Positions 50,885 through 61,026 of a DNA stretch of 64,000 bases are shown piece by piece (position 1 is the stretch's first letter; every line of letters begins with the position of its first letter). The notes beneath the pieces were generated by a model. The model saw nothing but the letters and a program-made list of their open reading frames with translations. It was not told where the DNA came from and made no database searches. The translations under genes and the position numbers were made by a program. Origin of the DNA: Fusobacteriia bacterium 4572_74 (lineage in GTDB: Bacteria; Fusobacteriota; Fusobacteriia; Fusobacteriales; Fusobacteriaceae); the NCBI GenBank assembly GCA_002084825.1, contig NBMF01000009.1, positions 152-64,151 of the forward strand, read 5' to 3'.

Positions 50885-53647
50885 GTGGAGAGAATAATGT
50901 ACAATAAATTTATTAGTAAAAGTGAAGAACGGGTAGAAGTTTATTTTAAATTGAGATTTTTTGAAAAAAAATCTTATATTAATGTAGTAGATAAAAAAGG
51001 AGATGAAATAAATCTTCCAATAACACCTATCCAAACAGATAAAAATACTTTAGAAATAATTTCTAATTTGGAACTTATAAGCGAGTATAACTATTTTAAT
51101 ATATCGTGGGAAAATGAGGGTGATTTAATTTATTTAGAAGAAAATCCACATTTATTTGAACTATTAAGGAAAAGTAAATACTTTGTTACAGATGATTTTA
51201 AAGGGATTAATATTAGGGAGAATAAAAGAAAAATAATCTTGAAGCTAGAAAAATTTAATGAAAAAATAGATGTTAAATTAATATTAGATGGTAAGTATGA
51301 AACTTTTGAATTTTTGACTGAAAATTATGTGATAAGAAAAAATAAGATCTATCATATTGAAGATATAGGAGAAAATTATCTGAGTGCACTAGAATTGAAT
51401 ACACAGATAGAACTAAAAGAGATGGAAAGATTTTTGACTATAACAAATTCTTACTTTGATAATTTAAATATAGAATATGAGGATTACAGGGTAGAAAAAA
51501 TAAATAAGAAATCATTTGTGCCTCGAATTATAATAGAAAAAATTTCTAAAGATAGAAGTTTGTATCTTGAATTTGGTTTTGAGATATCTACTATGAGTTA
51601 TAATATGTTGAAGAAAGATGATATTAAAACAGTGGTATTATTAAATTCATTGGAAAAGGTGATATCAATCTGTGATATAGATATATCTACCATGTCTGAA
51701 AGTATGGAAGATGTGATAAAAATATTAGTGAAATACCAGAGGAAATTAAAATTAAAGGAAAGTTACTATGTAGAGGAGAATCTGATTATTCTTCATGAAA
51801 AATTAGCCAAAGAATTTATAAGTAAGGAACTTCTTAATTTAGTATCTAAATATAAATTTATAGGAACTGAAAAATTAAAAACATATAAGATAAAAACAGT
51901 TCATCCAAAGTTGATAGCTAAATTATCTCATTCAATTGATTTTTTAGAGGGAGATGCATACCTAGAGATAGAAGGGGAAAATTTTTCTATTTTAGATATA
52001 ATTTCAAAATATAAAAAAGATTCATATATTGTTTTAAGTGATGGAACAAATGCATTGATTAATAAAAAATATATAGAAAAATTGGAAAGATTATTTAAAA
52101 ACAGTAAATCACCTAAAGATATTAAGGTATCATTCTTTGATTTACCCATAATAGAAGAGCTTATTGGAGAGAAAATATCTGGAGATGGGATGAGCTATGG
52201 AAGGAAAATATTTGAGGGTTTAAATGATATAGAAAATTTAGATATACCAGATGCCATGGTAGATGCAACATTAAGAAATTATCAAGAATACGGATATAAA
52301 TGGCTCTATTATATAACTGAAAATAAATTAGGTGGCTGTCTCGCTGATGATATGGGCTTAGGAAAAACTATTCAAACTATAAGTATTTTAGCTTATACAT
52401 ATCTACATAAGAATGTGACGAGACCATCTTTAATTATCATGCCTAAAAGTTTGGTTTTTAACTGGGAAAATGAAATAAAAAAATTCTGTAAAAACCTTTC
52501 TGTAGGGATATATTATGGAAATAATAGAAATTTTAATGAGGTAAAAGATCATAATGTTATTCTTACTACTTATGGAACTGTAAGAAATGATATTAAATTA
52601 TTAACTAAAGAAAAATTTGAGATGATAATTTTAGATGAATCTCAAAATATAAAAAATATTACATCTCAAATAACAAAAGCTGTGATGTTATTAAATTCTG
52701 AAAAAAGGATAGCTCTAAGTGGAACACCGGTAGAAAACAATTTGGGAGAACTTTATTCATTGTTTAGATTTTTAAATCCGCAGATGTTTGGTGGGATTGA
52801 AGATTTTAATAATTATTATGCCAATCCAATTCAAAAAGATAATGATCTAGAAATAATAGAAGAATTAAAGAAAAAAATATACCCATTTATTCTAAGAAGG
52901 ATAAAAAAACAGGTATTAAAAGATCTGCCTGACAAGATCGAAAAAACTCTCTATGTGGAGATGAATGAATCGCAAAGAAAGTTATATGAAGAGAGAAGAA
53001 ACTTCTACTACACCCTTATAAATCAAAAATTAACTGAACATGGGATAGGGAAAAGTCAGATATTTATTCTCCAGGCATTGAATGAGTTACGTCAAATAGC
53101 TAGCTGTCCAGAATCTAAAAGTGATGGGTTAGTAAGATCGGCGAAGTTAGATATATTGGTAAATAATATTTTAGAAGCTGTAAAGAATGGACATAAGGTG
53201 CTAGTTTTTACAAACTATATTAATTCTATAGAGAATATATGTAAGGAATTAAAAAGTCATGGAATAAATCATATATCAATGACTGGGGCTACCAAAAATA
53301 GGCAAGAGTTGGTGGAAAAATTTCAGACAGTCAAGGAATGTAAGGTATTTATCATGACATTAAAAACAGGAGGAGTCGGGCTGAATCTGACTGCTGCCGA
53401 TAAGATATTTATCTATGACCCTTGGTGGAATAAAACAGCAGAGGATCAAGCTGTAGATAGAAGTTACCGTATGGGGCAGGATAGAACGGTGTTCGCTTAT
53501 AAACTTATTACAAAAGGAACGATAGAAGAAAAAATGCTTAGTTTACAGATGGAAAAAAATAAATTATTTAATAGTCTTATAACTACTGATACTGTTGCAG
53601 TTAAAAGTCTTAGTGAATCTGATATTGAATATATGTTAGGAGTGTAA
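50885..53647 (+). CDS. SNF2 family helicase/ATPase
   Basis: LRNYQ, LADDMGLGKT, DESQNIKN, SGTPVEN, GGVGLNLT, DPWWN, QAVDRSYRMGQ. Confidence 0.95.
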   Translation: MERIMYNKFISKSEERVEVYFKLRFFEKKSYINVVDKKGDEINLPITPIQTDKNTLEIISNLELISEYNYFNISWENEGDLIYLEENPHLFELLRKSKYFVTDDFKGINIRENKRKIILKLEKFNEKIDVKLILDGKYETFEFLTENYVIRKNKIYHIEDIGENYLSALELNTQIELKEMERFLTITNSYFDNLNIEYEDYRVEKINKKSFVPRIIIEKISKDRSLYLEFGFEISTMSYNMLKKDDIKTVVLLNSLEKVISICDIDISTMSESMEDVIKILVKYQRKLKLKESYYVEENLIILHEKLAKEFISKELLNLVSKYKFIGTEKLKTYKIKTVHPKLIAKLSHSIDFLEGDAYLEIEGENFSILDIISKYKKDSYIVLSDGTNALINKKYIEKLERLFKNSKSPKDIKVSFFDLPIIEELIGEKISGDGMSYGRKIFEGLNDIENLDIPDAMVDATLRNYQEYGYKWLYYITENKLGGCLADDMGLGKTIQTISILAYTYLHKNVTRPSLIIMPKSLVFNWENEIKKFCKNLSVGIYYGNNRNFNEVKDHNVILTTYGTVRNDIKLLTKEKFEMIILDESQNIKNITSQITKAVMLLNSEKRIALSGTPVENNLGELYSLFRFLNPQMFGGIEDFNNYYANPIQKDNDLEIIEELKKKIYPFILRRIKKQVLKDLPDKIEKTLYVEMNESQRKLYEERRNFYYTLINQKLTEHGIGKSQIFILQALNELRQIASCPESKSDGLVRSAKLDILVNNILEAVKNGHKVLVFTNYINSIENICKELKSHGINHISMTGATKNRQELVEKFQTVKECKVFIMTLKTGGVGLNLTAADKIFIYDPWWNKTAEDQAVDRSYRMGQDRTVFAYKLITKGTIEEKMLSLQMEKNKLFNSLITTDTVAVKSLSESDIEYMLGV

Positions 53648-53652
53648 TTAAA

Positions 53653-55431
53653 ATGGGAATAAGTAGAGATAAATTTAAAAATTCGATCACAAATTTTTAT
53701 ACAAAAGATGGGATTTATAGTTTATATAAGAAATATTTTATAGACTGGATAGCAGATGGACATATTGGTCTACATTTAAATATATTTGAAGTTTCGCTAT
53801 TATCGGAATCGTCGAATAAATCAATATTTATAGATCTGTTGGAGGAAGCTTTTTATAAAAAAGAAACCTTTGTAGATATATTTAATAGCTTAGAAGATGA
53901 AGTTAAAGAGATCTTTAGAAGTATCTTGTGGAGTGGGAAATATATTTTGGAGGAATCACAGATAGAGGAGTTTTTTGAAAAGGATCACACCTATGAAACC
54001 AGTGAAAATTTAAAGGATAAATATAAATTTTTTCATTATAAAAAAAATAAAATAACTAAAGAAGGGCCTGGATATCTATATTTAGACAATGATATCATAA
54101 GAAAAATAAGACCCTTTTGTCCAAATAAAGTGAGAGATTATTTTATCCATCCAATAGAGAATCCAATCTATACTTATAAACATAACTCTGAAGAGGAAAT
54201 CTGTAAAAAATATAGTCTATATTATAACTTTTATAGTCAGGGAAATATAAAACTTTCCACTAGTTTAAAACTCCTCAAAGAGAGTAAAAGAGATATGCAA
54301 AAATACTGTGATATTTCAGAATTTTATAGTGAAAATAAAGATTTAGATTATTTAAAAACTGAAACTATGGGACTATTATTTTATCTGATGAAAGATAAAT
54401 ATCTTATTCCAGAAAATTTTAAATTGGATAAATTTAAGTATATTGTAAATGAATTCCTTAGTGGGAAGCTTACAAAAAATGATGGGTATGAATATACAAC
54501 TAAATATCTAAATTATTTAAAAGGTGTAAAAAATATAAAGAAAACAGAAAACTTGACCAGGTCACTTGAAACCATAGTTAAATTAATTATGGAGCTACCT
54601 TCGGAAAAGACCATAAGTATTTCAAATATTATAAACTATTTGGTATATAGAGATGAATTTTTAGATATTATTGAGTTAAAAGATGTGTATGATTATGTAT
54701 ATATAAATGAATCAAATTATGGAAGAACTAGAATATCTCAATATGATGAATATCATAGGTATATTATTGAGCCATTTGTAAAGTCGATATTTTTTATTTT
54801 AGGAAGTTTGGGATTATTTACCCTTTATTATGATCTGCCTAGTGGTAACAATGGATTATATTTAAAAAATAATTATTTATCAAAATATGATGGATTAAAA
54901 TATATAGAATTAACTAAATTAGGAGAATATGTTCTAGGGCGGACAGATGATTATGTATTCACAGAGGGAAATGAAGATGCAGAGATAGTATACGATGAAG
55001 ATCTTCTTTTGATAACTATTATTGGATCAGCTCCTATAATGTCTATGTTTTTAGAAAAAATATCTATTAAGATTGGTGAAAGTAAATATAGGATGGATAA
55101 GGGTAGATTCTTAAAGGGGATAACAACAATAAAAGAATTAGAGGAAAGAATAAAAGAATTTAAAAATAAATTTTATAAAGACCTCCCTCAAGTTTGGGAG
55201 ATTTTCTTCGATGAACTCCATTCTAAAGTAAATTGTCTGACTCATGAATCCGATATAAAAGTTTTTAAAGTTAAACAGGATAAAGAATTTTTTAAGATCC
55301 TCGCAACTGAGAGTAAGTTAAAAGAATATATTTTAAAAGCAGAAGGCTTTCACATCCTTATAAAGGAAGAAAATGTATGTAAGGTAAAAACTATTCTATC
55401 GAAATATGGTTATTTTAATGAAATAGAATAA
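53653..55431 (+). CDS. Hypothetical 592-aa SNF2 partner; C-terminus resembles the XPB-associated Helicase_C_3 fold
   Basis: 5 bp after SNF2; winged-helix-like LGLF..ELTKLG then YRMDK.RF..LPQVW; domain call is by eye. Confidence 0.65.
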   Translation: MGISRDKFKNSITNFYTKDGIYSLYKKYFIDWIADGHIGLHLNIFEVSLLSESSNKSIFIDLLEEAFYKKETFVDIFNSLEDEVKEIFRSILWSGKYILEESQIEEFFEKDHTYETSENLKDKYKFFHYKKNKITKEGPGYLYLDNDIIRKIRPFCPNKVRDYFIHPIENPIYTYKHNSEEEICKKYSLYYNFYSQGNIKLSTSLKLLKESKRDMQKYCDISEFYSENKDLDYLKTETMGLLFYLMKDKYLIPENFKLDKFKYIVNEFLSGKLTKNDGYEYTTKYLNYLKGVKNIKKTENLTRSLETIVKLIMELPSEKTISISNIINYLVYRDEFLDIIELKDVYDYVYINESNYGRTRISQYDEYHRYIIEPFVKSIFFILGSLGLFTLYYDLPSGNNGLYLKNNYLSKYDGLKYIELTKLGEYVLGRTDDYVFTEGNEDAEIVYDEDLLLITIIGSAPIMSMFLEKISIKIGESKYRMDKGRFLKGITTIKELEERIKEFKNKFYKDLPQVWEIFFDELHSKVNCLTHESDIKVFKVKQDKEFFKILATESKLKEYILKAEGFHILIKEENVCKVKTILSKYGYFNEIE

Positions 55432-55471
55432 GAAAATGGAAGCAGAATTTCTGCTTCCATTTTCTTATTCT
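55425..55471. terminator. Bidirectional terminator with perfect 23-bp inverted arms
   Basis: agaataagaaaatggaagcagaa-t-ttctgcttccattttcttattct. Confidence 0.85.
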
Positions 55472-55511
55472 GTCTAGATGTAACGTTACTTCTGTCTAGA
55501 TGTAACGTTAC
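55468..55511 (+). repeat. Exact 22-bp tandem duplication
   Basis: ttctgtctagatgtaacgttac x2. Confidence 0.95.
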
Positions 55512-56267
55512 TTATATATCACTTAAAACTTTTACTACCTTTCCTACAACTTTGAGATCTTCCCCAGGGCCTATAAAAATAGGAGGATAGTTAGGATTAT
55601 CACTTATAAGGGCCACATATGAATCTGTAACTTTTAATCTTTTTACAAAGGCTTCATCATTTATAAAAAAAGCTCCGATATCTCCATTTTTTACAAAGGC
55701 TTCATCATTTATAAAAAAAGCTCCGATATCTCCATTTCTTACTTCGACTTCTTTTTTAGCAATAATAATAGAGCCATCTTTAATAGTAGGTTCCATAGAA
55801 TCACCCCATACATTGACTGCAAAAATATTACCATAATTTCTGATCCCAGGGATGGTGATATATTCTGTAATCTCTTGATCTCCTAAAACTCCAATGCCTG
55901 CACTGATCCTTTCAAAAACTGGGATTTGGTCATCGATAGAGATAAAATTATTTTCAGAGATAGACGAGTTTCCTCTAAGGTAATTAATCTCTTTATCTTT
56001 TCTATTTAATTCATCCTTGATTAGCTGAGGAGTCCTTTCAAAAGCAGCTAAAAATTTTAGATATTCAATCTCCTCATCATTTAACATAAGACCCATGGAT
56101 ATTTTTTCTAAAACTTCCTCACTGGGTGGGTTTTTTAATTCACCTCTCTCTATATTGTTGAAATAAGATTGAGTTATTCCAATAGATTTAGCAAATTTGT
56201 TTTGACTTAGATTTAATTCTATTCGTTTATTTTTTATAAATTTATTAAAAGTCATGATAGATACCAT
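55512..56267 (-). CDS. LexA/CI-like XRE-HTH plus S24 peptidase repressor with 16-aa duplication
   Basis: HTH, ISAG cleavage site, GDSMEP, VKRL; NGDIGAFFINDEAFVK present twice. Confidence 0.88.
   Translation of the reverse strand: MVSIMTFNKFIKNKRIELNLSQNKFAKSIGITQSYFNNIERGELKNPPSEEVLEKISMGLMLNDEEIEYLKFLAAFERTPQLIKDELNRKDKEINYLRGNSSISENNFISIDDQIPVFERISAGIGVLGDQEITEYITIPGIRNYGNIFAVNVWGDSMEPTIKDGSIIIAKKEVEVRNGDIGAFFINDEAFVKNGDIGAFFINDEAFVKRLKVTDSYVALISDNPNYPPIFIGPGEDLKVVGKVVKVLSDI
55641..55736 (-). repeat. Exact 48-bp in-frame tandem duplication
   Basis: ttttacaaagg...tctccatt x2. Confidence 0.96.
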
Positions 56268-56508
56268 CTCCCTATATATTGTTGTAGTTAATATTGAGAG
56301 TATATGTGATTAGATGAAAAAGAAGGTGAGTTATTATGAATATACAAAAAAATTTAATCAAAATTAATTGTTGATAAGAGATGGTAATATTGAAAATAAA
56401 GGAATTTCATGCTATAATTTTTTGAATAAAAATAAAATAAAAGTGTAATTTAAAGAATAAATGTAAGATCATGGTGGTTCAATAAAATAGAGAGTATAGG
56501 TGGTAAAT

Positions 56509-57607
56509 ATGGATATTTTAGAGATAAGAAGGGAAATGACAGGAGTTAAAGAAAAATTAACTGGAATTAGGGGGCATCTTTGACCTTGGGAAAAAAAATT
56601 CGGAGATAAAGGAACTAGAAGGTGAAACCCTAAAAGATGGATTTTGGAATGATAAGAAACAAAGTTCTAAGATAATAAAAAACTTAAATTCTCTAAAAGC
56701 AATTGTAGGAGAATATAGTGATATATCTGATAAGATAGATGAACTAGATCTACTCATTGAATTTGTAGAAGCTGGTGAAGAAGAATTTGCAGATGAACTT
56801 CAAACTAAATTTACTCAGCTCATAAAGGAAATAGAAGATTTTGATACCAGTCTGCTTTTAGATGGTGAATATGACGAAAATGGAGCTATATTTACAATTC
56901 ATGCAGGAGCAGGAGGAACAGAATCCTGTGACTGGGCAGAGATGCTATACAGGATGTACAGTAGGTGGTTTAATTCTAAAGGATATAAGGTGGAAGAATT
57001 AGATTATCAGGCAGGGGATCAGGTAGGAATAAAATCCATTACCATTTTAGTAAGTGGCTCGAGAGCTTATGGATACCTAAAGGGTGAAAAAGGGGTTCAT
57101 AGGTTGGTGAGAATATCTCCCTTTGATGCTGCTAAAAAAAGACACACATCTTTTGCTTCTATAGATGTAACCCCAGAAATTGATGATACGATTAATATCG
57201 AGGTTGTTCCTGGTGATATAAAGGTTGATACATTTAGAGCAGGAGGAGCAGGAGGACAGCATGTAAATACTACTGATTCAGCCGTAAGGATGACCCATCT
57301 CCCAACTGGAGTAGTTGTTGGATGCCAAAGTGGTAGATCACAGCTTCAAAACAGGGAAACAGCCCTAAAGATGCTGAAATCCAAGCTGTTAGAGATAGAG
57401 ATGAAAAAAAGGGAAGATGAAGTAAAAAAACTTCATGGAGAACAATCTGACAACAGCTGGGGAAATCAAATAAGATCCTATGTATTCCAGCCATATACTA
57501 TGGTAAAAGATCATAGAACCAATACAGAAAGTGGAAATGTAAAGGCAGTTATGGATGGAGAAATAGATGATTTTATAACTGGATATCTAAGATGGATAAA
57601 AAACTAA
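56509..57607 (+). CDS. prfB: Peptide chain release factor 2 with programmed +1 frameshift
   Basis: ATG 56509, internal SD aggggg then CTT TGA C at 56578-56584; SPF and GGQ motifs. Confidence 0.96.
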
Positions 57608-57626
57608 ATTTAGGAGGAATATAGAT

Positions 57627-59138
57627 ATGTGTAAAGAAATTAGAACGAGAATAGCACCTTCTCCAACAGGAGATCCCCATGTGGGAACAGCGTATATAGC
57701 TTTATTTAATTTAGCTATGGCTAGAAAAAACGGAGGTTCATTTTTACTTAGAATAGAAGATACAGATCAAACTAGAACCACTGCTGATTCAGAAAAGCAA
57801 ATATTTGATACTTTGAGATGGCTAGATCTAGGTTGGGATGAAGGTCCAGATGTAGGCGGGGATTTTGGTCCCTACAGACAGTCTGAAAGATTTGACTTAT
57901 ATGGGAAATATGCCAATGAATTGGTTGAAAAAGGAGAAGCTTACTATTGTTTCTGTACAAAAGACAGATTAGATAAATTAAGAGAGAGACAAAAAGCTAT
58001 GAAAAAAGCTCCTGGATATGATGGGCACTGCAGATCATTATCTAAGGAAGAGGTTGCAGCCAAATTAGAAGCTGGTGAGGAATATGTAATCAGACTTAAG
58101 ATGCCATATGACGGCGAAACTGTGATAAAAGATATTTTAAGAGGGGATATTGTATTCGAAAACAATAAAATTGATGACCAAATTTTAATAAAAGGTGATG
58201 GGTTCCCAACTTATCATTTAGCTAACGTAGTAGATGATCATTTAATGGGTATAACTCATGTTATAAGAGCGGAAGAGTGGATTGCTTCTACTCCTAAACA
58301 TATTCAAATGTATAAGGCTTTTGGATGGGATATGCCACAATTTATTCATATGCCATTACTTAGAAATGCAGATAGAACAAAGATCTCTAAGAGAAAGAAT
58401 CCTGTATCATTAAATTACTATCTTGAAGAGGGATACTTAAAAGAAGGAATGATTAATTTCTTAGGCCTTATGGGATACTCTGTAGGAGAAAATAAGGAAA
58501 TATTTAGTTTAGATGAATTTATAGAAACTTTTGATATTACAAGAGTATCATTAGGAGGACCAATCTTTGATCTAGAAAAATTAGGATGGGTAAATAATCA
58601 ACATATGAGAATAAAAGACTTAACAGAATTAACTAAAATGTCTAAGAGTTTTTTTGTTGCAAGAGGATTTGTATCTGAAAATGCTGATGGAAAAGAGATG
58701 AAAACTTTAGAGAGAGTAATAGATATATTGAGAGGACCTGCAACTACTATGAAGGAATTAGCAGCATTAGCTGATATCTACTATGTAGATGAGTTCAAGT
58801 TGCCTGAAACAACTGAAGAGATGAGTAACAAAGCGAAAAAACCAATTCAAAGACTTCACAATGCTATAAGAGGTGAAGAAGAGATAAGGGCAATAAAGTA
58901 TTTCGTAGAGAAATTAGGAGCTGCCTCAGAGGAAATTTCTATAGATGAAGCTAAGGCTATGTTAAATGATACTTTAGATATTATGGGAACAGGACCTGGT
59001 AAAGTATTTATGCCTCTTAGAGCAGTAATTACTGGGCAAGGAAAGGGTGCTGAATTATACAATGTTATCTCTATCATAGGGAAGGCGAGAACTTTAGCTA
59101 GAATTAAAAAGATGAACGAACAATACAAGATATACTAA
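57627..59138 (+). CDS. gltX: Glutamate--tRNA ligase
   Basis: [23 protein letters not shown]. Confidence 0.97.
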   Translation: MCKEIRTRIAPSPTGDPHVGTAYIALFNLAMARKNGGSFLLRIEDTDQTRTTADSEKQIFDTLRWLDLGWDEGPDVGGDFGPYRQSERFDLYGKYANELVEKGEAYYCFCTKDRLDKLRERQKAMKKAPGYDGHCRSLSKEEVAAKLEAGEEYVIRLKMPYDGETVIKDILRGDIVFENNKIDDQILIKGDGFPTYHLANVVDDHLMGITHVIRAEEWIASTPKHIQMYKAFGWDMPQFIHMPLLRNADRTKISKRKNPVSLNYYLEEGYLKEGMINFLGLMGYSVGENKEIFSLDEFIETFDITRVSLGGPIFDLEKLGWVNNQHMRIKDLTELTKMSKSFFVARGFVSENADGKEMKTLERVIDILRGPATTMKELAALADIYYVDEFKLPETTEEMSNKAKKPIQRLHNAIRGEEEIRAIKYFVEKLGAASEEISIDEAKAMLNDTLDIMGTGPGKVFMPLRAVITGQGKGAELYNVISIIGKARTLARIKKMNEQYKIY

Positions 59139-59140
59139 AG

Positions 59141-59180
59141 ATAAAGAAGGAATTAATCATACGATTAATTCCTTCTTTAT
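59141..59180 (+). terminator. Long hairpin terminator
   Basis: ataaagaaggaattaatc-atac-gattaattccttctttat. Confidence 0.75.
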
Positions 59181-59371
59181 TATCTCTCCAAAATGGTAGT
59201 ATGTTCTTGATTTATATAATTCTACACTAACTTGAAGAATTTAGTAGAGCGTGGGAAAATTTTTAATGGACAGCATATTAAGACTAACGAGAAAATATTT
59301 TTTTAATGAATATAAGATCAACCATTGAAAATAAAATCGAGATTGTTGGTTAATTTACTTAGGAGGGAGAG

Positions 59372-59557
59372 GTGTATTTAGATTATCATGTACATTCAAG
59401 TTTCAGATATGCTCTTTCAGATTTAACTCCATCTAAAGATATAATAAAACTTTACAAGGAACTAGGTGGAAAGATAATTACTATCGGATCAGATTCACAT
59501 AAAGAGGAGTATCACGGTTATAAAGGCTGTATAATATTAATGGGTAGTGTCAAGTAA
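59372..59557 (+). pseudogene. HisJ-type PHP phosphatase reduced to fused N- and C-termini
   Basis: DYHVHSSF joined in frame to RY..P..II..Y..LGG..ITIGSDSH; good RBS. Confidence 0.8.
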
Positions 59558-59860
59558 TTTAACTGCTTTAAATTTTTTTTTTATTATGTTATAATTAATA
59601 AAATATAGGCCGAAAAATTAGGAGAAAGATATGAAATTTGATGACAACCAAACTTATTATTACTATTATTAATTGAGGGATTGTATAGAGATATTACAGC
59701 CCATTTTATAGTAGATTAATATGGGTTGTATCTGAATTAAACTTTTTAAAGCTTACAGATATAATCTGTGAGCTTTTTATTATTATTATGCCTATTTGGA
59801 TGCAACGTCACGTTGCTTTTTTTATAAAAAATAAAAATTATATATAAAAGGAGATTAACT

Positions 59861-60970
59861 ATGGATATCAATGTAGAAGTACAAAGACAGTTAAATATAT
59901 TAAAAAGAGGAGTAGAGGAATTAATTTCTGAAAATGAATTAGAAAAAAAATTAAAAAAATCATTGGAAACTAACACTCCATTAATTGTAAAATTAGGGAT
60001 AGATCCAACTGGTTCTGATCTACATATAGGTCATGCAGTACCCCTTAGAAAGTTAAAGCAATTTCAAGATTTAGGACATAGAGTAAAATTTTTAATTGGT
60101 ACATTTACAGCTAGAATAGGAGATCCTACGGGAAAATCTGAAACTAGACCAATGTTGACTTCTGAAGATATCACAAAGAATATCCAAACATATTTAGATC
60201 AATTAAAGTTGATCTTAGACATGGAAAAAACAGAGGTTGTATATAACGGTGACTGGTTGGAAAAATTAAAATTAGAAGATGTATTGAAATTGTTATCTCA
60301 ATTTACAGTAGCACAGATGATTCAAAGAGATGATTTTTCTAAAAGATTAGCAGCAGGTAAACCTGTGTCGTTAGTAGAATTTATGTACCCAATCTTACAA
60401 GGATATGATTCTGTAGCAATAGATGCCGATGTAGAATTAGGAGCAACTGAGCAGACCTTTAATTTATTGAGGGGTAGAGATTTACAGAAAAATGCAGGGA
60501 CAGAACCGCAAATATGTATGATGATGCCTATTTTAGTTGGATTAGACGGAGTAGAAAAAATGTCTAAATCACTCAATAACTATATTGGTATAACAGAGGC
60601 TCCCAATGATATGTTTGGAAAGGTAATGTCTATCTCAGATGAACTTATGTGGAATTATTATGAATTAGCTACAGATATTCCTATGGAAGAGATCGCAAAG
60701 TTAAAAGTAGGAGTAGCTGATGGCAGTATCCATCCTATGGATTGCAAAAAGAGATTGGGAGCAGAGATAGTAAATATCTATCACAATGAGGAAGAGGGAA
60801 GAAAAGCTCGTGACTGGTTTGAAAATGTATTCTCTAAGAGAAATATGGATGTAGACTTACCAGAGGTAAAGGTAGATGAAGATATTAAAGATGTAAAAGC
60901 AATTATAAAAATTGAAGCTGGAATGATAGTAAGAGCAGGAAAAAAGAAGATAGTTAAAATAACTAAATAA
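59861..60970 (+). CDS. tyrS: Tyrosine--tRNA ligase with in-frame deletion in the S4 domain
   Basis: GIDPT..HIGH, YPILQGYD, KMSKS; C-terminus lacks the SEARR..QG core. Confidence 0.92.
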   Translation: MDINVEVQRQLNILKRGVEELISENELEKKLKKSLETNTPLIVKLGIDPTGSDLHIGHAVPLRKLKQFQDLGHRVKFLIGTFTARIGDPTGKSETRPMLTSEDITKNIQTYLDQLKLILDMEKTEVVYNGDWLEKLKLEDVLKLLSQFTVAQMIQRDDFSKRLAAGKPVSLVEFMYPILQGYDSVAIDADVELGATEQTFNLLRGRDLQKNAGTEPQICMMMPILVGLDGVEKMSKSLNNYIGITEAPNDMFGKVMSISDELMWNYYELATDIPMEEIAKLKVGVADGSIHPMDCKKRLGAEIVNIYHNEEEGRKARDWFENVFSKRNMDVDLPEVKVDEDIKDVKAIIKIEAGMIVRAGKKKIVKITK

Positions 60971-60996
60971 TATAATATCTTCTATGAAAGGGGAAT

Positions 60997-61026
60997 AAAA
61001 AAAGCCCTGATTTTTAGGGCTTTTTT
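60997..61026. terminator. Bidirectional terminator
   Basis: aaaaaaagccct..agggctttttt. Confidence 0.8.

Noticed and set aside
56337-56420. RBS and short ORF divergent from the repressor (possible Cro-like gene or prophage switch)
   Set aside because: Stops after about 12 codons, no HTH, no phage genes nearby.
59190-59310. Possible transposase fragment after gltX
   Set aside because: Too short and degenerate to assign.
59600-59860. T-box riboswitch upstream of tyrS
   Set aside because: No T-box consensus (GGTGGNACCGCG) or specifier stem visible.
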